Shown here in pieces: positions 43,458 to 53,208 of a stretch of 59,881 bases of DNA (position 1 is its first letter; each line of letters opens with the position of its first letter). Position numbers and translations under genes: made by a program. The notes under the pieces were generated by a model, which worked only from the letters and a program-made list of their open reading frames with translations, had not been told where the DNA came from and did not search any database. Source of the DNA: Thermoanaerobaculia bacterium (lineage in GTDB: Bacteria > Acidobacteriota > Thermoanaerobaculia > Gp7-AA8); NCBI GenBank assembly GCA_041750915.1, contig JBGSYJ010000248.1, positions 1-59,881 on the forward strand, written 5' to 3'.

Positions 43458-44789
43458 ATGAAGAAGCTGCTCGCCTGGGGCGAACGATTGGGTGGGATGG
43501 TGCGGGCTCCGCGGCTGTACTTCGCGGCTGTTCCTCTGGCAGTCCCACTTCTGTTCGCTACCTTGGACACCACCCGACCGGTCGTATCGCCTCCTCGGCG
43601 ATCGCTGACCCCACCCCCCGTAGCAGCGCTTCCTCCTGAGCCCGCTCCTGAAGTGTTGGCTCCTCCTGTTGCAGAAACCGAGGTCAACATTGCCGTTCGC
43701 AGCGGCGATACACTCGATTCGATCTTCCGTCGTGGTGGCCTCAGCGGCTCGGAGGCTTATGCCCTCGTTTCGGAGTTCAGCAAGACGGTCGATCCTCGCC
43801 GGCTCAAACTCGGCGATCTGGTCCGCTTCCATTACGCTGAGCAGAACGCGGTGCAGGCAGTGTCGATGAAAGTCACCGGATGGGGCGAAGTGAACGCTCT
43901 CCGGAACGGCGAGGGATTCGAGGTCGTCGCTACGGAAGCTCCGGTGTCGTCGAACGAAACTGTCGTGAGCGCGAGCATCGAGTCATCCCTCTACGAGTCC
44001 CTCCGACAGGCGGGAGAAGGACCACAACTGGTGCAGAGTCTCGTTGACGTGTTCCAGTGGGACGTCGATTTTTTTGCACTGAAGAAGGGCGACTCATTCA
44101 GTCTTCTCGTGGAGAAGAAGTTTTCGGGGTCTGATCCCGCTGGTTATGGTCCGATCCTCGCCGCAAGGTTCGTTCATGGCGGCAAAATGTACGAAGCGTT
44201 CCGATTCGTTCAGCCCGATGGTCGCGCCGGCTACTACTCGAGCGAAGGAACCCCGGTGAGAAAGCAGTTCCTGAAGGCGCCGCTGAAGTTCTCGCGCGTG
44301 ACTTCCGGATTCACCAGGAAACGCTTTCATCCCGTGCTGAAGGTCCATCGCCCCCACCTTGGCGTCGACTACGGAGCCCCGACTGGAACTCCCGTCATGA
44401 CGACAGCCGACGGAGTGGTCACTTTCGCCGGAAGGGGTCGTGGCGAGGGCAACTTCGTCCGCATCCGTCATAACTCGAAGATCGAGACCGCCTATCTCCA
44501 CCTGTCGGGATTCGCCAGGGGCCTGAAAAAGGGGACGAGAGTCGAACAGGGAGATATCATTGGGTACGTGGGGTCGACAGGACTGTCCACGGCACCACAT
44601 CTCGACTATCGTGTACGAGACAACGGCGAATGGATCAACCCACTTCATCTGAAGTCGATCACTCCGGACCCGCTTCGCGGCGCTTCCATGCAGAAGTTTC
44701 TCGCATCGGTCGAGCGCAATGCCGTGAAGCTCGAGAGCGGCCTGATGCAGGTCGCATCGAATCAGGAGATCCGCCGGGCACTCTTCTAA
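43458..44789 (+). CDS. M23 family metallopeptidase (MepM-like) with N-terminal anchor
   Basis: Intact HxxxD (HLGVDYGAPTGTPV) and HxH-region (STGLSTAPHLDYRV) motifs. Hydrophobic N-terminal anchor and Pro-rich linker. Confidence 0.88.
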   Translation: MKKLLAWGERLGGMVRAPRLYFAAVPLAVPLLFATLDTTRPVVSPPRRSLTPPPVAALPPEPAPEVLAPPVAETEVNIAVRSGDTLDSIFRRGGLSGSEAYALVSEFSKTVDPRRLKLGDLVRFHYAEQNAVQAVSMKVTGWGEVNALRNGEGFEVVATEAPVSSNETVVSASIESSLYESLRQAGEGPQLVQSLVDVFQWDVDFFALKKGDSFSLLVEKKFSGSDPAGYGPILAARFVHGGKMYEAFRFVQPDGRAGYYSSEGTPVRKQFLKAPLKFSRVTSGFTRKRFHPVLKVHRPHLGVDYGAPTGTPVMTTADGVVTFAGRGRGEGNFVRIRHNSKIETAYLHLSGFARGLKKGTRVEQGDIIGYVGSTGLSTAPHLDYRVRDNGEWINPLHLKSITPDPLRGASMQKFLASVERNAVKLESGLMQVASNQEIRRALF

Positions 44790-44802
44790 CCCTCGGGGCG
44801 CC

Positions 44803-46719
44803 ATGAAAACCATCACTGTTCGGGTGCCTGCAAGAGCAGATCTTGCAGGCGGAACCCTCGATCTCTGGCCGCTCTATCTGTTCCATCCCGGCTCGAGGAC
44901 TGTCAACGTCGCAATCTCGTTTCACGCGGAATGCGAGGTGCAGGCGATCGCACACGGCCGCATCGAAGTCGAGCTCGGAGACTCGGGCTACAAGGCGAGC
45001 TTCGAATCGATCGCCGAGATGCTTCGCGACGAGAACGTGGCGCTGATCGCCCGCGCGGTCGAACATTTCAAACTCTCCGGCATCCGGATACTCACACGCA
45101 CGGAAGTGCCGCGCGGATCAGGTCTCGGAGGTTCATCGGCTCTGACGGTTGCTGTCGTCCGCGCTCTTTCCGAGTTCACGGATCTCCCGGTCGAAGGCGA
45201 CAGTCTGATCGCTCTGGTCCGCGACCTCGAGACACGGCTGCTTCATGTGCCCGCCGGAGTTCAGGATTACTACCCGCCGGTCTATGGCGGCCTTTCGTCG
45301 CTGCATCTCAATCCCGGCGCAATCGTTCGACAATCCATCCGGCTTCCGCTGGGTGATCTCGCGCAGCACTTCATTGTTCACTACAGCGAGATCTCCCACT
45401 TCTCGGGCACCAACAACTGGGAGATCTACAAGCGTCACATCGATGAAGATCCCGAAGTCCGTTCGGCTCTGAGCGAGATAGCCGCAATCTCCGCGGAGAT
45501 GGAACGCTCGCTCGAGGCGCACGACCTGGCAGCCGCAGGACGCGCTCTGGGCGAAGAATGGCGCGTTCGGAAGTCGCTGATCGAAGGCATCTCGACTCCC
45601 GAGATCGACCAGGCAATTACTGCAGCGACGAAAGCGGGCGCCTGGGCCGGCAAAGTGTGCGGCGCCGGAGGCGGGGGTTGCATCGTCTTTCTCGCGCCTC
45701 CGGAGAAGCGCGACAAAGTGCTCAGAGCGCTCCGCAAGGTTCCCGGCCGCACCCTTGACGCCATGCCGGTTCCGTATGGCCTCACTGTCGAACAGAAACC
45801 CGACAGCAAGTCGTTCGCCTTCGTCGACCGGCCCTCACGTCCCCCTCTGGAAGCTGTCGATCAACTCTACCTCTCCGCTGGAGGCGACGGCCCGTACCGG
45901 CCGTTCGTGATGATCGAGGGAGCGGTGACGTTCGACGACGCGAGGCGCGGCACACATCTCACGATCTCCAGATCGCTGATGGCTCCTGTGAGCACCGCCG
46001 ATGAACAGATCGACTGGAGCCGCGCCGTCGCGATCGAGCCGGATCACCTTCGTCTGACCGCGGTTCCCGAGCCAGATCGCATCTTCGCCATCCGCCCGAA
46101 TGACGAGAAACTCACGGCGATCACGACCGACGGCGATGAATCCTTCCGCCTCTATCTCGAGGAAACCGAGAAGCTGACCATCTTCCACAATCCGGAGCTT
46201 TCGCTTTACTCCGAACCCTCCGAATCCCGCGACGAGTTTCTTCGCCGCTGCCTGGAAGCCGGAAAGCGCGGTCTCGAGCCCGAGACCGACCGGCTCGAAA
46301 GCACCTTTCGCCGGCGCATCGACCAGATGAAGCAGAAGCAGGAGCGCGAACAGAGGGCCATCGATGATTCGTCCGAGCGTATGCAGCACAGCGCTACGGA
46401 AGTGAACATCGCCTGGGGACAGACTCTCTACAACATCACCAGCGGCAGGCGCGCCCATTCCGACGCCCCGAGCTCGCCTCGTGAAGGCGACTACTTCGAA
46501 GGAATCTCCGCACTCAAGAAATCGTGGGACCGTGAGCTCGAAGCCCTCCGGGACAGCATCAACGAGAAGGCTCGGCGGATCGAAGAGATCACGCTGACCC
46601 CATCGCGCCGGAACATCGAGATCCGGCGGTACGTGATCGTCTGGGCGGCGGGGTTCGAGTCGGGGCAGTCGCGCAGGACAGAGGGCGCGGGGCGAAGGGC
46701 GGCGAAGTCGGGGGAGTAG
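44803..46719 (+). CDS. GHMP-kinase domain protein fused to about 300-aa C-terminal region of unknown function
   Basis: Residues 1-330: RADLAGGTLD, PRGSGLGGSSALTVAVV (GHMP motif II), KVCGAGGGGC (motif III). Residues about 335-638 include a charged coiled segment (RRIDQMKQKQEREQRAID) and match nothing I recognise. The TAG stop lies in a heptamer array. Confidence 0.75.
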   Translation: MKTITVRVPARADLAGGTLDLWPLYLFHPGSRTVNVAISFHAECEVQAIAHGRIEVELGDSGYKASFESIAEMLRDENVALIARAVEHFKLSGIRILTRTEVPRGSGLGGSSALTVAVVRALSEFTDLPVEGDSLIALVRDLETRLLHVPAGVQDYYPPVYGGLSSLHLNPGAIVRQSIRLPLGDLAQHFIVHYSEISHFSGTNNWEIYKRHIDEDPEVRSALSEIAAISAEMERSLEAHDLAAAGRALGEEWRVRKSLIEGISTPEIDQAITAATKAGAWAGKVCGAGGGGCIVFLAPPEKRDKVLRALRKVPGRTLDAMPVPYGLTVEQKPDSKSFAFVDRPSRPPLEAVDQLYLSAGGDGPYRPFVMIEGAVTFDDARRGTHLTISRSLMAPVSTADEQIDWSRAVAIEPDHLRLTAVPEPDRIFAIRPNDEKLTAITTDGDESFRLYLEETEKLTIFHNPELSLYSEPSESRDEFLRRCLEAGKRGLEPETDRLESTFRRRIDQMKQKQEREQRAIDDSSERMQHSATEVNIAWGQTLYNITSGRRAHSDAPSSPREGDYFEGISALKKSWDRELEALRDSINEKARRIEEITLTPSRRNIEIRRYVIVWAAGFESGQSRRTEGAGRRAAKSGE

Positions 46720-46747
46720 TCAGTAGACAGGAGTCAGTAGTCAGTAG
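46714..46747. repeat. Single mixed B/A-type heptamer arm followed by CCCGCCC
   Basis: gagtagtcagtagacaggagtcagtagtcagtag, then cccgcccggcccg. No clear partner arm. An F1 MITE follows at 46776. Confidence 0.85.
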
Positions 46748-46775
46748 CCCGCCCGGCCCGACGCGCAATGGCATC

Positions 46776-46862
46776 GTGTCATCCTGAGCGCAGCGAAGGA
46801 TCCCCTCCAGCCTTGCGGTAAGCCAATAGCAGGGGGATCCTTCGCTACGCTCAGGATGACAC
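46776..46862. repeat. MITE-like palindrome, family F1 (variant loop)
   Basis: gtgtcatcctgagcgcagcgaaggatcccc-tccagccttgcggtaagccaatagcag-ggggatccttcgctacgctcaggatgacac. Confidence 0.95.
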
Positions 46863-47028
46863 TTGCTCCTGACGCAGGCCTCAGGTTGACGCCGTTGTGG
46901 CCCGCCACTCCGATCCTGCGTTTCTGAAGTGTCCAGATTCCGGACATGCGTCCACATTTCGAAGAGTTAATTGACCGAGCTGTGCGGTTAAGTGCTTATT
47001 AATAAATCGGTTAACGTTTTGTATCAAC

Positions 47029-47044
47029 TGGCAGGCATCTTGGA
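47029..47044 (+). promoter_or_regulatory. Sigma54 (-24/-12) promoter candidate upstream of the REC-sigma gene
   Basis: TGGCAGGCATCTTGGA compared with the consensus TGGCACG-N4-TTGCW: GG at 47030-31 and TTG at 47040-42, with the -12 C replaced by G. The SD AAGGAG is at 47064-69 and the ATG at 47077. An upstream AT-rich patch has direct CGGTTAA repeats (46985 and 47008). Confidence 0.3.
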
Positions 47045-47076
47045 CTCATTGAGCTCAGCCAAACAAGGAGAGCACG

Positions 47077-47961
47077 ATGAAACAGGTACTGGTAGTTGAC
47101 GACGAAACCGCGATCACAGAAGGCCTTCTGGCCCTGTTCGAACTCGAACATATCGATGCGACGGGAGCGAGTAATCGGGAGAGTGCGGAAGCGCTCATCG
47201 AGTCGGATTTCTACCCTGTCATCCTCGCCGACCTGAGGCTGCGTACCGAAGAAGACGGCCTCAAGCTCCTCGATTCGATCCGAAGGATCAGCCCCCGCTC
47301 ACGCGTAGCCAGCCTCACGGCCTTCGCGACGCCGGAAGTCGAGGCGGAGTTGAAGAGTCGGGGTTCCCTGATGGTGCTCCGCAAGCCGATGGAATTCGAC
47401 GAGATCATCGCAATCGTCGAGGAGATGCTCTCCGAAATCGAGCGCGAGGCTGAAGCCCAGCAGGCACGAACAGGCCAGCCGCTCGACACCGCAGCACTGT
47501 ACAAGGACGTGGCAAGAGTCCTCTATTCGATACCGCAGAAACGCTTCGGGTTCTCAGCTGAAGAGTCCGCAGAACTGGTGCAGGAAGCATGGTGTCTGTT
47601 CATGCAGAAGCAGGAAACGATTCAGATGGCGAAACCGTGGCTCGCGGGGACGGTGGTGAATCTGTGCAAGCAACAGATTCATACGCTGACGCGACGTCGC
47701 GAGACGACGCGCCAGATGAGCTCGGAGACCGTTGAGATCGCCGGCGTGCATGGCGCCTCCTACGAAAAGACTCTGATGATTCGCCAGGCACTCGAGCAGC
47801 TCGACGAGCGCGGCCGCCAGCTGTGCGTTCTGATCGGGATGGAAGGATGGTCGTACGACGAAGTCAGCGAGAAGCTCGACCTTCCTCTCGGCTCGATCGG
47901 GCCGCTCTACATCCGGGCGAAAGCGAAAATGCGCAAACTCCTCGAGGCTACCAACAACTGA
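47077..47961 (+). CDS. Fusion of an N-terminal response-regulator receiver domain to an ECF-type sigma-70 factor (regions 2 and 4)
   Basis: REC: VVDDE, phospho-acceptor context VILADLRL, SLTAF, LRKP. C-terminal half: region-2-like LVQEAWCLFMQK..PWLAGTVVNLC and region-4.2 HTH WSYDEVSEKLDLPLGSIGPLYIRAKAKMRKLL. Confidence 0.8.
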   Translation: MKQVLVVDDETAITEGLLALFELEHIDATGASNRESAEALIESDFYPVILADLRLRTEEDGLKLLDSIRRISPRSRVASLTAFATPEVEAELKSRGSLMVLRKPMEFDEIIAIVEEMLSEIEREAEAQQARTGQPLDTAALYKDVARVLYSIPQKRFGFSAEESAELVQEAWCLFMQKQETIQMAKPWLAGTVVNLCKQQIHTLTRRRETTRQMSSETVEIAGVHGASYEKTLMIRQALEQLDERGRQLCVLIGMEGWSYDEVSEKLDLPLGSIGPLYIRAKAKMRKLLEATNN

Positions 47962-47997
47962 ACTGCGCGGCACCCGCTAGCGTGCACTTAGCACCAG

Positions 47998-48085
47998 GTG
48001 TCATCCTGAGCGAAGCGAAGGATCCCCCCAAGCCCTGCGATACAGCCAGTAGTAAGGGGATCCTTCGCTGCGCTCAGGATGACAC
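47998..48085. repeat. MITE-like palindrome, family F1 (variant loop)
   Basis: Full copy 37 nt after the REC-sigma stop codon. Confidence 0.95.
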
Positions 48086-48133
48086 CCGCTCCTCCCCAGA
48101 GTTGACCTTGTTGCGTGAGCGCAGTACAGCACT

Positions 48134-49462
48134 TCACTTCTTGAGCTTTGCGTAGATCGTCGAGGGACTCACTTCGAGCCGCCGCGCTGCCTCACGAATG
48201 TTGCCTCCGAACGCATCCACGCAACGCTTCACGTATTCAGTCACGTGCGCATCGAGCGGCTGGATCTCGAATCCGTCAGCATTGACCAGCGCGTCGCCAG
48301 CGGATGCATCGAGCAGCAGATCCTCGACTCTGATCTCCCCTTCACGATTCATGAGCAGCGCCCGCTCGAGCACATTGCGGAGCTCGCGTACGTTTCCGGG
48401 CCAGTCGTAGTTCGTGAGTCTCGATAGGGCTCGCTCGGAAAGGCGGGTGCGCTTGAGGCCTAGTTCGTCGCTCAGTGAGGCGAGCATCGTCTCGGCAAGA
48501 ACCGGCAGATCTTCGAGTCGCTCCCGAAGCGGGGGAATCCTGATCCTTACGACGTTCAGCCGGTAGAAAAGATCCTTGCGGAACCTGCCCGCCGCAACCT
48601 CGGCGGCGATGTCTCGATTCGTTGCGGCGATCAGGCGGATGTCCACGGTGATGTCGCGAACTCCTCCCACGCGTCTGAAGCGCTTCTCTTCGAGCGCCTT
48701 GAGGAGGCGTGCCTGGATCGAGATCTCGAGCTCACCGATCTCATCGAGAAAGACAGTCCCCTTGGCGGCAATCTCGAACAGCCCGGGCTTCGCTGCCGAT
48801 GCGTCGGTGAACGAGCCTTTCTCGTGTCCGAAGAGCTCCGACTCGAGCAGCTGACTCGAGAATCCGGCGCAGTTCAGATCGACAAACGGCGCCTTCGCGC
48901 GGATCGACGTGTCATGAAGCATCCGCGCGACAATCCCCTTCCCGCTTCCGGATTCTCCCTCGAGGAGAACCGGTGACGGAGCGGATGCAACCCGCGTGAT
49001 CACTTCATTCAGCTCGATCGCCGCTGCCGAAACGCCCGGAAATGTCTTCTGTTGCCGCGTCTGACCTCGTCTCAGCGCTTCGAGCTCACGCTTCGTCGCG
49101 ATCTGCGAACCGACACGATCGAGAACGATCTCGAGCGTCTCGAAATCGTAGGGTTTCGACACGAACGTTTCCGCACCCCGCCGCATCGCTTCGACCGCCA
49201 CATCGATCGTCCCCACTCCCGACATCATCACGACTGCCGTAGACTCGGATCGCGACTTGATGTGCTCCAGAACATCGAGACCCGAATGGTCCGGCAGATT
49301 CACATCCAGAAGCACGACATCGGGCTGGGCGGCATCGAACTGCCGGAAACCTTCTGCTCCCGACAAGGCGCTCGTGACATCCCATCCGGCGTGCTCGAGC
49401 AGGGCCTTCAGACCCTCGAGTACATCCCGGTCGTCATCGATGATGAGGATGCGTTTGTCCAT
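48134..49462 (-). CDS. Sigma54-dependent response regulator (NtrC family: REC plus AAA+ plus Fis-type HTH)
   Basis: Trimmed to ATG 49462 (MDKRILIIDDD). Walker A GESGSGKG. GAFTGA-type loop EKGSFTDA. C-terminal HTH AARRLEVSPSTIYAKLKK. Confidence 0.9.
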   Translation of the reverse strand: MDKRILIIDDDRDVLEGLKALLEHAGWDVTSALSGAEGFRQFDAAQPDVVLLDVNLPDHSGLDVLEHIKSRSESTAVVMMSGVGTIDVAVEAMRRGAETFVSKPYDFETLEIVLDRVGSQIATKRELEALRRGQTRQQKTFPGVSAAAIELNEVITRVASAPSPVLLEGESGSGKGIVARMLHDTSIRAKAPFVDLNCAGFSSQLLESELFGHEKGSFTDASAAKPGLFEIAAKGTVFLDEIGELEISIQARLLKALEEKRFRRVGGVRDITVDIRLIAATNRDIAAEVAAGRFRKDLFYRLNVVRIRIPPLRERLEDLPVLAETMLASLSDELGLKRTRLSERALSRLTNYDWPGNVRELRNVLERALLMNREGEIRVEDLLLDASAGDALVNADGFEIQPLDAHVTEYVKRCVDAFGGNIREAARRLEVSPSTIYAKLKK

Positions 49463-49551
49463 GAGAGTTCCGGTTTCAGCGCCGGCACCCGGATCCGTCA
49501 ACGTGTCACGATCAGGATGACACGCTTTTCCGGTGGTGCCGGAGGATTCTG

Positions 49552-52500
49552 TCACGCCTCGAGACTGAAATGGGACGCCGTCAGGGATGCGAACTCCCGG
49601 AGCAGATCCTCGAGATCGTAAGGCTTCTGTATGAACCTGCTGAGTGGATCAGAGAGAAGCGGAAGGACTCGTTCTTTCTCGGCATACCCCGACGAGATGA
49701 GGACTGGCGCCTCAGGAAGCAATCGCCGGATCTCTTCGAAAACGATCTCTCCCGGCATCTCCGGAAGTCCCAGGTCGAGAATGATGAAGTCCGGCCGAAG
49801 TCCCGACCTGAGACGCTCCAGCGCCGCGAGTCCCGTGCCTGCCACAGATGTACGGGCGCCCTCGGTCTCAAGGAGGTTTTCGATCCCTTCTGCGACGATC
49901 GGCTCGTCATCGATGATCAGTACCGTTTTCCCATTCATCCTTTTGCCAGCTTCGGGAAGGAGCTCGTCCGCAGGGGCGGCTCCGAGTTGCGGCAGAACCA
50001 GATAGAAGCTCGAGCCTCTTCCTTCCTCCGATTCAACGAACACCACGCCGCCATGCTCGCGGATGAGCCGGTGCACAACCGACAACCCAAGGCCCGGGCC
50101 GCTCCCCACCTCTTTGGAAGTGAAGAACGGCTCGAAGATCTTCTCGAGCAGTCCCTGTTGAATTCCGACTCCCGTGTCCTTCACGATGATCGCCGCCCAA
50201 CGGCCGCTCCCAAGTCGCAGGCGCTCGACTTCGCGCAGGGAAAGCGCTCGGATGTCGAACTGGAGCGTTCCTCCTGCCATCATCGCGTCGCGGGCATTCA
50301 GAGTCAGATTCATCAGCATCTGACTCAGGTGTGACGGGTCGGCGCTGACACGGATCGACTCATCGATCTGACCCGTCGCGATGACGATCTCCGGCGGAAG
50401 TGCAGGCCGGATGATGCGCATCTGTTCTTCCAGCAGATTCGCAGGAGAGATTTCGATCATCGAAGGCTTGCGCGGCTGCGCGAACTCGAGCAGTTGCCTG
50501 GTCACGTCCTTCGCGCGATGCACGGCCTTTTTGATGTGTTCCGCCGATCGCTGGATCGCCTCGTCGTTCGGATACTTTCTTCGCAGCAGATCAGCCCACG
50601 GCAGTGCGGCCATCAGGGTGTTGTTGAAATCATGCGCGATACCGGAGGCCATCTGCCCCAGCGACTGCATCTTCTGCGCATGCGTGAGTGAGCGCTCGAG
50701 ATCGGCCGCCCGCAATTCGGGCCGCAGATCCCGCAGCGTGAGCATGACCAGTGACCTCTCCCCGAGGATCAGCTCCGAAACACGGGCAGACGAAGGAATA
50801 CTTTCGCCATTCCTGGAGACGAGAAAAAGCTGCGACTCAGCGCCAACCTCGGGCAGCTCCGTAGATGAGCCGTAACCGAGACCCTCTCCACGCTCGTTCA
50901 CGATGAGCGAATCGATCGGCATGACCCGCAGCTCTTCGAGCGTGAATCCCGAGAGCGTTTCAAAAACGGGATTCGCGTCGACCAGCAGACCCAAGTCCCT
51001 CGCGAAGATCGCGATCGGATCGAAACCTTTGAGAAAAATCTGGCGGTGGCGTTCCTCCGCCGCACGTTCAGCTGTCAGATCGCGGATGAACGAGACGAGA
51101 ACCGGACGGCCGCTGAGAAGAAACGGCCCGGAGCGGATTTCGACACTGACACCCCTGCCATCCGGCCGATGGAGACAGGTCTCGAAGTCCAGATGCGCTC
51201 CCGCCGCGAGGCTCCCGAGTTGCTTAAGCGCCCGCTCGAAATCTTCGCGCTCGTGCTCGCCCGCCAGCTCTAGAGTAGTTCGCTGTGTGAGATCCTCACG
51301 CCCGGTGCCGAGGAGACGCTCGAGCGCCGGATTGCAGTCGAGAATCCGCTGTGTCGTCTGATCGGAGATCATCACCGCTTCGATCGCATTCTGGAAGAAA
51401 TCGCGATACCGCACTTCGGCCGCTTCGACCTCGCTCAGGTCCCTGCCCGTCACGAGAACCGCCGAGCGACCAGCCATCGCGATGGCCGTGGCGGTATAGC
51501 CGAAGCTGAAGATCGAACCGTCCGGCCGGAGGCCGTGAGACATGCCGATGGACGGTTCCGAGCCGATTCCTGCACGGGCAATCTTGCCTCGTATCACCGG
51601 CCGGTCAGCTTCCGTGAAGCACTGCTCGAACTGCCGCCCTTCCAGCGCGCCAGGTTCCAGTCCGAAATAGGACGCGCCCACTCCGTTGGCCTCGATCACG
51701 ACGCCCGTCTCGAAATCGATCATTAAGATCCCGGCCGGTGACTGTTCGAACAGCACCCGGGCGCGCAGCTCCGCTTCTCGGCGTGGCGTAATCACCCTCG
51801 CAACCGATGCAACCCCCAGGATCTTCTCGCCATCGCGGATCACGCTGTGATCCCATTCAGCCGCGAAGTCGCCTGAGGGAGCTCTGTGGGGATGAATTCT
51901 CGAACTCCACGCGTCGGGATTTTCGAGGAGCTCCGTCCACGACTGCTGCATGAGCTCCGCGTCATTCGCCCCGAAAAGCGACCAGAGCGGTTTCCCGATG
52001 ATCTCGGAGGATGGGATTCCGAACGCTTCCTCCGCCCCGCGGTTCCACTCGAGCACGAGACCCTCGGGGGAGGTGAACAGGATGGCCAGATCCAGATGAG
52101 CGAGGACGAAGGCTATGCGCGACTGTGCAGTCTGGGCGTCACGCTCGGCGACGCGGAGCCGCGCCCTGAGCTCCTCGATCTCCAGAGCATCGGTGATGAT
52201 GCGCTCGAAGGCCTCGCTCGTCGCCGGACCCTTCACGTGATACGAGGTGATCCGAAACGGCATCAGCTTAGTAGCCGACTGCAGCTCCTTGCTCGCCGTG
52301 ATGATCACCGTCGGAAGGGCTTTCCCTCGTTCCTCCAGAAGTCCCAGCAGCTGGGCACCGTCGAGCCCACCCGGGAGTCCCAGGTCGAGGACCATCAGGT
52401 CGTACCGGTTCGCATCCACGAGCGCCAGCGCTTCGTCGGCAGTGCCCGCATGATCCATCTCGATCCCGATTCTGCCGAGACGAAGCCGGTAGACCTTCGC

Positions 52501-52656
52501 GACCAAATGGTCGTCCTCAACGACGAGAATTCTCGTTCTCATCCGTTGTTCAGGAGGCTGGGGCTGTTCGGGCATGGATGGCACTCCGATACTCAGTCCG
52601 AATGGACCCCGCGTTTGATACAGCAGAAGAAGCGTTCTGGCCGAAACGTTCCCCAT
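49552..52656 (-). CDS. Hybrid sensor histidine kinase (REC, multiple PAS, HisKA, HATPase_c, REC)
   Basis: N-terminal REC (ILVVEDDH..LMVLDLGLPG). Several PAS-like segments. H-box GIAHDFNN. G-boxes DTGVGI and GSGPGLGLS. C-terminal REC (VLIIDDE..FIILDLGLPEM). The start is either 52656 or ATG 52575. Confidence 0.88.
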   Translation of the reverse strand: MGNVSARTLLLLYQTRGPFGLSIGVPSMPEQPQPPEQRMRTRILVVEDDHLVAKVYRLRLGRIGIEMDHAGTADEALALVDANRYDLMVLDLGLPGGLDGAQLLGLLEERGKALPTVIITASKELQSATKLMPFRITSYHVKGPATSEAFERIITDALEIEELRARLRVAERDAQTAQSRIAFVLAHLDLAILFTSPEGLVLEWNRGAEEAFGIPSSEIIGKPLWSLFGANDAELMQQSWTELLENPDAWSSRIHPHRAPSGDFAAEWDHSVIRDGEKILGVASVARVITPRREAELRARVLFEQSPAGILMIDFETGVVIEANGVGASYFGLEPGALEGRQFEQCFTEADRPVIRGKIARAGIGSEPSIGMSHGLRPDGSIFSFGYTATAIAMAGRSAVLVTGRDLSEVEAAEVRYRDFFQNAIEAVMISDQTTQRILDCNPALERLLGTGREDLTQRTTLELAGEHEREDFERALKQLGSLAAGAHLDFETCLHRPDGRGVSVEIRSGPFLLSGRPVLVSFIRDLTAERAAEERHRQIFLKGFDPIAIFARDLGLLVDANPVFETLSGFTLEELRVMPIDSLIVNERGEGLGYGSSTELPEVGAESQLFLVSRNGESIPSSARVSELILGERSLVMLTLRDLRPELRAADLERSLTHAQKMQSLGQMASGIAHDFNNTLMAALPWADLLRRKYPNDEAIQRSAEHIKKAVHRAKDVTRQLLEFAQPRKPSMIEISPANLLEEQMRIIRPALPPEIVIATGQIDESIRVSADPSHLSQMLMNLTLNARDAMMAGGTLQFDIRALSLREVERLRLGSGRWAAIIVKDTGVGIQQGLLEKIFEPFFTSKEVGSGPGLGLSVVHRLIREHGGVVFVESEEGRGSSFYLVLPQLGAAPADELLPEAGKRMNGKTVLIIDDEPIVAEGIENLLETEGARTSVAGTGLAALERLRSGLRPDFIILDLGLPEMPGEIVFEEIRRLLPEAPVLISSGYAEKERVLPLLSDPLSRFIQKPYDLEDLLREFASLTASHFSLEA

Positions 52657-52731
52657 ACGGCGTGCACGAAAGGCTCCAACTCCGGCCGCTGGCCTTTATG
52701 GTAGGATCGTCAGCCCTTGCAGTAACTTCGT

Positions 52732-52808
52732 CGGGCAGTAGCGCAGCCTGGTAGCGTACCTGAATGGGGTTCAGGTGGTCGGGGGTTCAAATCCCCCCTG
52801 CCCGACCA
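52732..52808 (+). tRNA. tRNA-Pro (anticodon GGG), CCA encoded
   Basis: CGGGCAG acceptor pairs with CTGCCCG. Anticodon arm CCTGA-ATGGGGT-TCAGG. T-arm GGGGGTTCAAATCCCCC. Confidence 0.92.
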
Positions 52809-52895
52809 ATTACATCCCCCGATGTTCCGCCAGACGCCATTCTCCCCACCCTGCTTCGCCTGATTACCGGACGGCCATCTCCAAAGGAGCATCCC

Positions 52896-53198
52896 GTGGA
52901 AAACGCACCTCAACAGACCATCAATATCGTTCTTGACGAGAAGACCGCCCAGGGCGAGTTCGTCAATTTCGCAAACATCATTCATTCGCCCAGCGAATTC
53001 GTGATCGATCTGGGACGGATCATGCCGGGAAGAGCGGAAGTCAAAGTCTACAGCCGGGTGATCATGACCCCGCTGCACGTCAAGCAGCTGCTCCATGCCC
53101 TCGCCCAGAACGTCTCGATGTTCGAGCAGAAGTTCGGGGAGATCCGTGGGGACGTCGCGTTGCCATTCTCCTCCCCGGCCTCCGAAGAATCGAACTGA
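52896..53198 (+). CDS. DUF3467 family protein
   Basis: GTG 52896 lies 6 nt after AAGGAG. Family block GEFVNFANIIHSPSEFVIDLG...VYSRVIMTPLHVKQLLHAL. The track start (52764) overlaps the tRNA. Confidence 0.75.
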   Translation: MENAPQQTINIVLDEKTAQGEFVNFANIIHSPSEFVIDLGRIMPGRAEVKVYSRVIMTPLHVKQLLHALAQNVSMFEQKFGEIRGDVALPFSSPASEESN

Positions 53199-53208
53199 TC
53201 GGGGACCG

